Below are positions 1-10,145 of a stretch of DNA of 18,435 bases, one piece after another. Below the pieces are notes generated by a model. It did not search any database. It saw only the letters and a list, made by a program, of their open reading frames with translations, and had not been told where the DNA came from. Source of the stretch: Selaginella moellendorffii (taxonomy: Eukaryota; Plantae; Lycopodiophyta); NCBI RefSeq assembly GCF_000143415.4, contig NW_003314518.1:1-18435 (forward strand), read 5' to 3'. A program made the translations under genes and the position numbers. The first letter of the stretch is position 1. The number at the start of each line of letters is the position of its first letter.

Positions 1-165
1 AAGAAAAGGGCCAAAGGCCCCCGACAGACGGCAGTGCAGCACCACAATAGGGATTTCAATTAAGATCCTTGTCGATCCATAGGGGTCAAATATAGAGGGA
101 AAGGGCCCATAGAACATAGAGTGCACCCACCTTTTCTAATCGGTTAAGGGTCTTGGGATATTTAG

Positions 166-222
166 AGTTAAGCGTCCTTGGGTTTGAATAGTACTGGGCT
201 GGGTGACCTCCCGGCGAAGTCC
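166..222 (+). promoter_or_regulatory. 5S-rRNA-derived Pol III internal control region (A box to C box) in the Cassandra 5' LTR
   Basis: AGTTAAGCGTCCTTGGGTTTGAATAGTACTGGGCTGGGTGACCTCCCGG(C)GAAGTCC matches the central/3' part of plant 5S rRNA. The 5' part of 5S is absent. Confidence 0.9.
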
Positions 223-566
223 AAACTCAGGAGCTTACATTTGGTATCAGAGAGGTCTCGGGTCCGACTCTGTTGGTTGGTTAGGGGAATCGCACCACAT
301 GTTGATTGACATCTGGCTGGTCCAGTTTGCTCCCACTGGGCTCGACCCGAGGGGTAGGGTGTCAAGAGAGCGGGGCTCTCGGGAGAGCTGTGGCTCTCAG
401 CTTCCGTTCACGAGGGCGTGAACTTGCAGGGAAGCGTGGTGGATTGTAAGCAACCAAAGGGAACGACTTGAGAGACGATCCATAGGGGTTCAAATATAGA
501 GGGAAAGGGCCCATGAACAAGAGTGCACCCCCTTTTCTAATCGGTTAAGGGTCTTGGGATATTTAG

Positions 567-622
567 AGTTAAGCGTCCTTGGGTTTGAATAGTACTGGGC
601 TGGGTGACCTCCCGGGAAGTCC
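567..622 (+). promoter_or_regulatory. 5S-rRNA-derived Pol III internal control region in the Cassandra 3' LTR
   Basis: Same motif as 166-222, ending GGGTGACCTCCCGGGAAGTCC. Confidence 0.9.
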
Positions 623-639
623 AAACTCAGGAGCTTACA

Positions 640-892
640 TTAGTCAATAGTCAATGAGAACATTGACATCTCTGAAGGGGGGGTGAATGTAGCGCATGTG
701 ATCATGGGATGAGATTTGGATATACTGTCACCGTGGATCCTTGGAACCTTGGGAGATAAATGGGGATAACATAGCCACTAAGGGCTCTCTCATCAAGCAA
801 TTGCCCCTTTTCTAGTTGGCTTAAGGGGAGAGAGATAAGGTGTGCTACAGTGATTTACCATAGGATAAAGGGTCAAAACCACGTGCGCTACA
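640..892 (+). mobile_element. 3' tail, PPT and 3' LTR (688-892) of a second LTR retrotransposon (element B)
   Basis: PPT GAAGGGGGGGTGAA (674-687) is immediately followed by TGTAGCGCATGTG...CACGTGCGCTACA, a 12/13 terminal inverted repeat with TG...CA ends. The right end coincides exactly with the break in the pol of element A. Confidence 0.85.
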
Positions 893-1769
893 AATGTTCA
901 CAACGGTGCAGTGCAATCAGAAAGATGATCTACAAAATGATCGAGATACTACACCTTGCCCAAGAAGCACTACACATCATTCACACACTTCGGAGTAGGG
1001 AATTTTAGAACAGCCACAAGTTTGTTAGGATCAGCTTGCAAAACCTCACAAGAAATACGGTATCTAAGATAAGTTGTGTCCTTGGACCTAAACACGCACT
1101 TCTACCACTTCAGTTTTAAACCAATGTCACATAGCCGATCCAACACTTTACAAACATCATGAACGTGCTCCTCCCATGTCCCCTCTGAGTGGATCAAAAC
1201 ATCATCAATGAAGTTAGCAGTCACCTCTGGCATATCGCAAAGAACCTCATCCATCATCCACTGGAAAGTTGCTGGAACATTGTTCAAACCAAACGGCATC
1301 ACCAAGAACTCGTACAACCCAAATAATGTACGAAAAGCAATTTTAGGAATATCTTCTTCGGCCATTGGTACTTGCCAATACCCAGAAGTAAGATCCAGCT
1401 TGGTGAACCAACAACTTCACCCCAGACGATCCAAGAGATCAGTAGTGTGAGGAAGAGGGTACACATCTGGGATCGTCGCTTCATTTAATGGACGATAGTC
1501 GATCCAGAAACAAATACTCCCATTAGGCTTCATCACAAGATAAGGTTCATATACCCAAGGACTCGGCGACTTCCGAATAACACCCTTCTCCAACATCTCC
1601 TTTATGTTTGCACACAAAATCTTGATCTCTTTAGGTGACCGACGACAAATAGGAACCTTGATTGGGCAAGCATCCTCGATTGGAATCGGATGACATGTGG
1701 CAATCTTGGCCCCAGATGATAGTTCAAATTCAAAGAGATCAGAATATTCCTTCATGAGCCGGTCAACCG
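893..1769 (-). pseudogene. pol: Gypsy pol, reverse transcriptase domain (disrupted)
   Basis: GVIRKSPSPW, IDYRPLNEATIPDVYPLP, KLDLTSGYWQVPM, YEFLVMPFGLNNVPATFQ, FIDD (1201-1212), then ADPNKLVAVLKFPTP..FLGKV, with in-frame stops and a frameshift near 1417. Confidence 0.95.
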
Positions 1770-2142
1770 CTACAACACAAAGATTGATGGAAGGATTGGA
1801 AAAGGGAAGAGCAGAACAAGACAAAAATATAGGAGGAAATAGTGGAGGAACAAAAGTAATGGAAGCAGAGGTAGAAGTAGAGGGACGAAGAGGTACGGAA
1901 GTGAGAGGAATGGATGAAACATAAGGAAGTATGAAACAAGTGTGAGACACAAATCCCTAAGCCCCAAAGTGGAGCCGAAAGGGTGCCACGTGGTAGTGGC
2001 TGAAGCGAAAGCCAAACGAGCATAACACATTTGGACTAAAAGCTCCGACTTGAAAGGTCAAGAGTGGGAGTGGAACTCCCAACAGAGTGCTCAAGGAACG
2101 AGCATAAAGCGAGCCATAAGAGAGTTTCTAGAAAAGGGATAC

Positions 2143-2257
2143 GAGATCGACTCGAGATGGACCTGAGATGGAGTCCGAGATGGACCTGAGATGGAGTCTG
2201 AGATAGACCCAAGATGGAGTCTGAGATGGAGTCTGAGACGGACCTGAGATTGAGTCC
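2143..2257. repeat. Tandem array of alternating 11- and 12-bp units (GAGATGGACCT / GAGATGGAGTC[C/T]), about 23-bp period
   Basis: About 10 monomers read directly from the sequence. Lies in the spacer between protease and RT of element A. Confidence 0.9.
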
Positions 2258-2816
2258 AAAATGGGATAAGGAGGAGGAGCAGTCCTCTACTGTAGTGACT
2301 AAGGATATGGTCACATGGTGAGGAAGTCCCAGAGGACAATGGGACTTAGTGGCCGGGCCTACGGGCCTTGATTTAGTGATAGTGTTGGCGAACATGGCCA
2401 TGGACAGAAAAGGGACTTGGTAGGAACTAACAAAGGGATATTGGGGAAGGCTATTCCCCATGTCTATGGGCATCCTAAGGATGCTAAGGAGTGGATCTAG
2501 GATGACCACTTGTGGGCGGATGGCCCAGTCTTGGACAGACGGGACTGTGATGCAAGTGGTATTGGACCACCAGTGTAGCAAAAGTTAATGAGCATGGCTT
2601 TAGCGTAACAGGCCTATATGTCAATGGTACCTTTAGGTGTTGGTCATAGGACTAGACACGTGGAGCACTTGGACCAAGTGCAACAGTTGAGTGGCACAGA
2701 TGCCATTCTTGGGGCTAGCAAGTCCCCAAGTTTAGAATAAGACTTATGGAGATTGTGAGTGAGACTCCTCCAAGTGGTCAGAGGTGTGGTTAAGTGACTA
2801 AAGTAGAATAGAAAAT

Positions 2817-4198
2817 TTAGTCACTTACATCAAGGGGAGAAGCCTCAAAGTCACACTTGGCATGATTGCGCTGCAACCAATCCATACCAAGAATAAAGTC
2901 AAAAGCTTGACTCAGCACTACCCGCAATGACTACAACTCAAGCTCAAGATCACCCGCACACACAACCAGATCTGCCTCATCCCGTGCACATGCATGTGTA
3001 TGGCCGTTGCCATAAAGAATGAAAGCTGGTTATGCCACACGACGCAAGTGTAGACGGCAACGTGTGGCAATAGGTCGAGCAATAGAAGATAAACTCGAAC
3101 CTGTATCAACCAACACGGAAGGAATAATAGGAGACCTCTTGTAATAAAAATGAGCTTGCAAAGCAAACATTGGATGAACTGGTGTCAAGTGAACCCCTTG
3201 ATGATACTCCTGAAAGAAAGATGGACTTATTCGTGCACTGACTTATTCGCGCAAGGTTCCTCCGTTACTCGTGTGACTCCTCGTTTTCTGGATGCATCTC
3301 AGTGTCCAAACCTTCCACTGCAGTAGCACCAATGGGATGTTGCTAACGCCAAGGTCTCCACCCAGGAAATGGAGGTCGCCAATCCGAAAAACGCTAACAA
3401 CGCCGATAAGTATGACCAACTTCATCACACGGCCAGCAGTAAACATCACAGCCATGACCATGTCTTTGCCCTTGTCCTTGGACTCGAGTAGCAGCAACAT
3501 CAACCTCCATTGGAACAGGACCATCACTTATAGGAAGTGAAGCTAAAGGACGTGCGATGAGAAGTGGAAGAGGCAACGTCTCATAACGTTGTGCCAAACA
3601 AAGAGCATTGTCAAGGGTGGTAGGAGCAAGTGCAAGCACAAGTCTAACAAGATCTTGATGAAGTGCTAGCCAAAAGATTCCTAGCTTGATCTGCTCTAAC
3701 ATATTTGGCTCTGCACGAAGCAAAAGACTTTGGAAACAAACGCCAAATTGGCATCACCGACTCAAATGGCCCTTGGCAAAGACGATGCAATTGTTGGAAG
3801 GAATCATCACAATCATCGGCATATCTGAAGGCGCGTTTGAAGACGTCCGGAAGAACACTCCAATCCTCACGATTGGCTGTGCTCAAACCATTGTACCACT
3901 ACAATGCCGTCCCTTGGAGACACGTAGGAAACTCACGCAAACATCGAGTATTATCCCAAAAATGATATGTGGCAATCACCATGAAGTGATCTAACCAATG
4001 GTACATATCATCCCCAGGATTCTCACAAAAGAACTCCGGCCGAACGCGAGGATTAGCACTAAGAGCAGGAGGAGTTGTACCACGTGCCATGAATGCCACC
4101 ATCAACTTAGTTTGGTTGTTCAATTGCAAGTGCATAGTATCAAGCAATTGTACCAACTGCTGCTCTAGAGTCAAAGAAGGAGATTGCTAATCTACCAT
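2817..4198 (-). pseudogene. gag: Gypsy gag-protease (disrupted)
   Basis: ATG at 4198. Capsid-like RPEFFCENPGDDMYHWLDHF..LQGTAL*WY, PMEVD motif, and zinc knuckle CWPCDEVGHTYRRC (Cx2Cx4Hx4C). Protease LDTSSS (3178-3189; DTG decayed) and DFILGMDWL. Stop TAA at 2819-2817. Confidence 0.92.
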
Positions 4199-4412
4199 GA
4201 AGACGAATGAAAAAGAAAGAGTAAAAGAAGAGAAATGACAAAATGCTAAAAGGAAATGGTAGATCTAGACAATGCAAAAAGCTAAATCTAAACCAAAATC
4301 TTGAAAGGAAATAACAAAAAAAAAGAAATGAAAAAAGTTAAATCTAGACAATGCAAAAGCTAGATCCAAACCAAAATCCCAAATCCAAGCACTCCTCAGG
4401 GACAATCAAAGG

Positions 4413-4430
4413 TGCCCCTCATCTCCACCA
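4413..4430 (-). promoter_or_regulatory. Primer-binding site, tRNA-Ala-like
   Basis: Minus strand TGGTGGAGATGAGGGGCA, one base after the LTR-terminal CA. Complementary to a tRNA-Ala-type 3' end (..CATCTCCACCA). Confidence 0.75.
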
Positions 4431-4431
4431 A

Positions 4432-4607
4432 TGTGAGTGCTTGGAATATGGAAAGGGAATACAGACAATCTGCATATCAATTAGCCCAAAAATCCTAGCT
4501 TATATACAAGAGCGAGTGGTCTGGATTGAAACCAATCCGACGGCTACCAAAATCCCACTATGCTAATATTAGTATATGGTATTGTAGCCATACACTTGGC
4601 CCTCATA
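4432..4607 (-). repeat. 5' LTR of element A (about 176 bp)
   Basis: Plus-strand ends TGTGAGTGC and GCCCTCATA form a 7/9 inverted repeat. TATATAA on the minus strand at 4500-4506. Adjacent to the PBS, with an abrupt drop in GC after 4607. Confidence 0.75.
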
Positions 4608-7600
4608 AAACATTGTTATGAAATTTAGTACTAATTACAATTTAAAGTATTATATTATATTTCATTAACATTATTTCTATATATGTAATTATATAGAGAA
4701 AATTCTTATTTAAATTAAGATTATTATGTCTACATTTCATTTATTTTTAGTTAAATTTATGGCATTATAAAAATGTTATTAAGGCTAAAAGTTTTCAATG
4801 AAAGATAAAGTTTTTCTCTGATATTAGGATATTAATGATGGAATGACATTTTTTTAGATTGTAGCCCTTTGTATTGTGTCTATTGTTGTCTCAATCATAT
4901 TTTTACCTGTATGTCATTATATTTATTTATATGTTTTCCATGTATCAATGCATAAATTATTAGTCTTATATCACTTTATGATATTACACAAATCTTAGAC
5001 TATATTTGAGCTAACCAACAACTCAATATGATTAGCTTCATTGATGAATGTGTAATAAGTATCATAAAATTATTGATAAACCTAAAGATAATTTATAAGA
5101 TAAAATAGCTGGAGCCATTCAACTCTTATATTTTAAGTTATGAAAGATATCATTTTCTATAGTCACTACTTTATTACTTTTTAACTTTATAGTATATTTT
5201 CTATTGTGTCTACTATATACAATCTTTGTACAACAAAATTATGTTTAATTTTACTAATGTACTATTGAATAAATAAAAAACTCTTTGTTCTATAAAGGTT
5301 TCATTCAATAGATCAAAGAGTATGCTGAAATATCTACTGGGAGATTTAGCATACTGAAGATAAATAGATCTTCTTTTCTAATTCTACAATGTTAGAAATT
5401 TTGATTGTATACAAGGTTAAATTTATCTTAATTTTACTATTATTCATCTCCAAAGAAATGGACAATAATGCAATTAGATAATAATGCAAGTGTTGGGGAA
5501 GATAAGATCATTTTGTAATCATCATTAAATTTAAATTTGAGTTCTTTTATTGCCTTTATAAAAAGGACACATATCTCAACACATCTACAAGATTGCTCCC
5601 ATACTTGAAAAGTAATTGAGTTTTCACAAAACCAAAGAATTATATATACTATAAAAAAAATTATAGGTTAGTTTTTTAGAAATTATATCTTTGATAGCAC
5701 ATTGAGCTAAACTGTTTTTATCTGATGCCTCTAACTTTCATAGTTTACTAAAGAATAATAGAATTTCTATTATTTGTCTGGTTTTACATTTAAAAATTTA
5801 CATAAGTAAATCTATCTAGATATTCACACTACATTAGAGGTGTTTGAAAGGAGGTACAACCAAAAACATTTATTATATTAGAGATATAATGTTTAAATTA
5901 AGATAAACTGGTACTAATGCTTTATGATAAATTATGGATTCCAATTTAAAAATAAATTACTATTAAAAGATTTAACACTAGTTACTATTCAGCAATCATG
6001 TAAAGGTGAACATGATTACAGATTAACCAAGATTATAAAAGTATTAATGTTTTAAATATAAAAATGGATCTAACACATTACTATGTAAATATTGATATTA
6101 TACTATTTTGTAAATCATACATTACTTAATTTTATCTAAAAATAATATAAATATTTATTTATTTAATTATTATATTTTTTGAGAAAAACTTTGTCATATT
6201 AAGCTTATCATTTATGAGTAAAGTGTTACTATTGTATTTTACTCTCAATACTTGTTCATTTTCTTTTATAAAATTACACTGTTGATACTTATATTTCAGA
6301 GAAAATTTAAAAATTATATAATTAGATATTATATTATTATATAAACAAAAAATATATTGATTTTAAAATATTTTTCATTTAATATAAAATATATTTTTTT
6401 TTATATGACAAATATTGCAACTATTTATCAAAACATTTATAAACGAAATATTTACAGCTATGATTTATATTAATTTTATAATGAGTATTGTAGAAAACTC
6501 TTCTCTTATTGACTCAATGTGATTTATAAAATTATTTGTACTAATAAAAATCCTCCAAAACTAATGATATTTTTAAATTTCTTCAAGTATGTACATGTTT
6601 TTATATTTATATCATCAATGATTTCTCCAAATGGAAAATTTAAATTAGTTTATAATAAAATTAGTAAATTATATTTCAAAGTAATAGCACTATTTTATTT
6701 TCTTTCTTTCTTCCTCCTTTATCTGGTTTTTAACTAAAAAAGTCTATACTCTGATTTTTTTTTTTTGTAATATTAAAATTTACATCTCAATACTTTTTTT
6801 TTCTATATTTGTCATTTTGCAAAACCCATCTAGAACACTTTAATTTTATTGCCACTATATAAATCATTTGGAGTTAAGAAATAGAAATTGTGAATAGCAC
6901 ACTTTGTCCAAGAGTTTCATGTGCACACCTCTAAATGTATCGTTTGATTGATTTTATGAATTTTTTTTATACATATATTTCAAGAAGGTGTTAATATATA
7001 ATTATATTATAAGTGGACTTAACATATATAATGAAAGTAAGAAATGATTTTATAGAATTTGACCTAAAATATAAGATTACAATAAATAATTAAAATATCA
7101 TACTCTAGAAATAAATATAGAAAGAATCATGATGAAAATTTTGGAAGGATTTCCTTCATTATGGGTTTAGTGTTCTTTTTTTTTGTATAGAAGCTGTAAT
7201 TGATTTTTTCTAAAATGGAATTCTTGTTAATTAAAGCATATTACTATTGATTACGATTAGTTACATAACACTTGCAGTAAATTAACCTAGTAATAAATGT
7301 TAGCAATTAACATAGTAAATAACATTATTATATTCATAATATGATTTAAAGTATTTTTCAAAAAATTCTTTTTTGATCATTCTCTTGTATTATGAATTAG
7401 ATTGTTCAATCCTTGATTTTATAGTACATAAAACTAAAAATTATATAATTAGCTCTAACATACTACTATATATATATGAATAATTAAAATATATTTTATA
7501 TTTCAAGAACCACTGCGTCCTTGTAACTGGAAGAAATTTTTGGCTTTATTAAGTACTATAGAATACCATTATCTACATAAAATATAAAAAAAAAATTTAA

Positions 7601-7750
7601 TGAAAATTACTAAAATAGAAACATTTTTTTAGCTGGGATTTGTATCAGTTCTTGTTTTAGAAAATGCTAATCTTGAAGACTAAAATTGATTTAAAAAATT
7701 ATTGTTACGTATAAGATACTAAAAAAAATAATATTTTATTATATCTTCCT
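4608..7750. other. AT-rich, CpG-depleted block, probably decayed mobile-element or foreign coding DNA (copy 1)
   Basis: Very low GC with only a handful of CpG. 5337-5822 aligns by eye with 15911-16396, and 6010-6110 with 18145-18208. No recognisable protein motif. Confidence 0.55.
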
Positions 7751-7796
7751 TCCAATGAAGCTTCGCTTTCTTCAACTTCTTTGATTCCTCTTACAG

Positions 7797-8164
7797 GTGG
7801 TTATGGAGCTGGGAGGCAATGCTCCATGCATAGTGGAAGATCTTGTTCCAGACTTGGAAGGTACAATTGGTATGTTGGTCCACAAAGGATCTTATCAAAG
7901 CGGCCAGTCATGCATTCACATGCAGCGTCTTTACATGAAAGGTGAGGTATCCAACACTTGTCTTTAAATTCTATCGTATTCTTTGTTCTCGAATCGAGCT
8001 TTGATCTAACATATTTGGTGCTGGTTGTGTAGGTGAAGGATGCATTGATCGCTGCCGTTAAGAAACTCAAAGGTGGAGATCCTCGCCAAGACAACATGTC
8101 AATTGGGCCCATGATATCCAAGTCATTGGCAGCTACAGTGGAGAAGAGCGTGAACGAGGCAGTT
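7797..8164 (+). pseudogene. ALDH21: Aldehyde dehydrogenase family 21 fragment (two internal exons, 7797-7946 and 8033-8164)
   Basis: VVMELGGNAPCIVEDLVPDLEGTIGMLVHKGSYQSGQSCIHMQRLY|VKDALIAAVKKLKGGDP..IGPMIS..VNEAV contains the catalytic Glu (ELGG) and Cys (GQSC). CIHMQRLY is, as recalled, characteristic of moss/lycophyte ALDH21. Phase-0 GT-AG intron. No N- or C-terminal exons. Confidence 0.85.
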
Positions 8165-8535
8165 TGGGTGAATCCCATTTTCATCAGAATGGAACCAGCT
8201 CATTGTTGCTGGTCCAAAACCAGTTTTTTCATGTTCAGCAGCATCACCACCATCACAAGGATCACTTTGCAAAGCCACCATCGCTAAAATCCCAGCAGGG
8301 CAAAAGTAGAATCTGGCATGCAAAGGATGAGGCTGGGAATCCCGAAATCCCGTGCTCTTGTTGCAGCAGTTTGAAGGTAGGGACTTTGTTCTTTGTGTCT
8401 TCTGAGAGTTCTAAGTGAGTTTCTGGCTCTTCCTCATTTTTTTCTCTCTTTTGTGTTTGGTAGTATGCTCATCAAAAGCATGTGTAGCACTGGTGCAACG
8501 AAAAAGAGGACACCATCTGCAAGATTTGTCAGCAG
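8165..8535 (+). pseudogene. RING-CH (RINGv) E3 ubiquitin ligase fragment (exons about 8165-8376 and 8464-8535)
   Basis: SRIWHAKDEAGNPEIPCSCCSSLK|YAHQKHV*HWCNEKEDTICKICQQ is a decayed form of the plant RING-CH motif [44 protein letters not shown]. GT-AG intron 8377-8463. Several Cys ligands lost, one stop, and the next donor appears mutated GT>AT at 8536. Confidence 0.88.
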
Positions 8536-8596
8536 ATACATCATCTGTCATCATGTTTGCTAATTTCAATCATTCTTTAGTTTTGAATGCAGCCAA

Positions 8597-9332
8597 GGTA
8601 GAGCTCCATTCCTGAGAGTTATGACACAACACTTAAGAACTTAGATACAAATGTGGATTTTCACACACAAGGGTCACCAACTTGTCGCTGTTTCCGTCGC
8701 TGCATGATGTTTGTGATTTTCTTGCTCAAGCTGGTCGTGAGAAAAAAAAAAGCTGTAAAAGGCACAGCTTAGAATCAAAGCTGTAAGTCTCAGTAGCAAC
8801 CGGTAGTAGTAACAAGGTAAGAAACTTTGCTGTTCATGCCAGCTGAGATTTCTAAGCAAGTTTCTGGCTTACCTTGCTCATGTTCAATGATTCTTTTGAT
8901 CATTTTTTCGTTTCTTTTTCTTTTTCTTGGTGTCTGGAGCACCAATCCAGTCTCCTGCTGCTCTTATTGCTCTCTACATGATGACCACTTGAGGTATGTG
9001 TAGTCTTTTCCTTGACATGCTCGCTCGATTCCTCATAATTTATTTTATAAAGTTTTTCGGTAGTGCTGCTTTTTTCATTAAGCAATTTCTGTGAAGTTGA
9101 GGTAGAGCTCCATTCTTGAAAATTGTGCTTAAGAACTTTCATAGAAGGGTCACCAAAATGTCACTATTGCCATCGCTGCATGATGTCCATGATTTTGTGG
9201 CTCAAACTTGTCATGAGAAAAGCCAGTTAGTGCAGGAAAAAAATGACTAAAAAGCCATGAAGGACTTACAAACCTGGTAAAGCTGTAGAATACATAGATT
9301 GGAATCAAAGCTGTAAATCTCAGTAGCAACCT
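8597..9332 (-). repeat. Diverged direct duplication (8597-8801 and 9101-9332) within an unidentified minus-strand gene relic
   Basis: Shared blocks GGTAGAGCTCCATTC, AAGGGTCACCAA, TCGCTGCATGATGT and GAATCAAAGCTGTAA.TCTCAGTAGCAACC. Minus-strand splice signals near 9332, 9277 and 8872. Confidence 0.75.
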
Positions 9333-9390
9333 ACAAAATAGACATGCTAAGAGAAAGAAAAAAAAGAAAGATTGAACAATTATAATTACA

Positions 9391-9453
9391 ACTACATTTT
9401 TTCACATTGAAAATATTCTCTACTACTCCCAGCAGAGCTGGGATCCTTGCTAG
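9391..9453 (+). mobile_element. Helitron-type 3' terminus #1
   Basis: Hairpin TCCCAGC-AGA-GCTGGGA (9427-9443), then CTAG (9450-9453) ending 10 nt after the stem, followed by T. Confidence 0.8.
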
Positions 9454-10145
9454 TCAAATCAAACTCTTTATTTAAAGTTGCTATTTTGGCATTGGCATAT
9501 TCCTTTTTTAGAATATCCATTTTTACTTATGGTGGATGCTCCCAATCGGACAGACTTAATCTGTGACGCTCCAAAAGAACAGTGAAGATCGTTACATGGT
9601 GGCAAAAAAAACGGTGGCACCTCTTGAATTCTAGATTCGTAACTTTGGAAATTTTAGGTTTAAGGAGACCAAATTTATCGAGCAAGATCCTACAGTTCTT
9701 TACAGTTCTTTACAGACCTTGGATATTGAAATATGAAGCCAGGTATGATGAATTTGTAACCACTTTTCTTCTTCTTTTGTACACTAATTCCATGTTGTTT
9801 GTTGTAGATTTTCTATCGTTATAGAATTGAAAGGCAGAGAGTTTATGGTTGCGGTATTCTTGCAGTGGTCTGGGTGGGATAAAATCCTAAAATTTTGTGT
9901 TGTATAGCTGTTTTACAGTTTTGGAGCCGAAGTGTTTGCTCGAAATTTCCCAGCGAGGAGCGCACTGGCGATGCAGCAGCTTTGTGCACTGGCGCTCTCA
10001 AGTTATCATCACTGCAGCCACTGATATGAATGTGAGTGGCCGGTCAATCGATCAGATGCCATAGCTGAGCGCCAATGCCATACCATTTTAGGGGTTCTTC
10101 CTCCTCCAAGTTGTCCAGATAACCGGCTGAGTAAATCCCAGGCTG

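Larger units (their letters stand above)
1..639 (+). mobile_element. Cassandra-type TRIM (non-autonomous LTR retrotransposon with 5S-derived LTR core); the 5' LTR probably starts before the window
   Basis: Direct repeats 73-239 and 476-639 both end GCTTACA. The 3' LTR (445-639) starts TGTAAGC, a 7-bp inverted repeat. PBS TGGTATCAGAG (tRNA-iMet) at 242-252. Non-coding internal domain of about 205 bp. Purine-rich tract at about 428-444 before the TG. Both LTRs contain 5S A-box/C-box sequence. Confidence 0.92.
893..4607 (-). mobile_element. Decayed Ty3/Gypsy LTR retrotransposon (element A), 5' half
   Basis: Domain order on the minus strand is LTR, PBS, gag, protease, RT (protease then RT, the Gypsy order). 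Multiple stops and frameshifts. Cut at 893 by element B. Confidence 0.93.

Noticed and set aside
166-222. Functional 5S rRNA gene
   Set aside because: Only the internal promoter part is present, embedded in LTRs. The 5' part of 5S and the oligo-T terminator are missing.
2143-2257. CRISPR-like array
   Set aside because: Contiguous 11/12-bp units with no unique spacers, inside a eukaryotic retrotransposon.
7801-8184. 127-aa minus-strand ORF, and similar track ORFs such as 1208-1450, 3686-3994 and 10221-10475
   Set aside because: These are antisense shadows of recognisable ALDH, pol, gag and P450 sequence.
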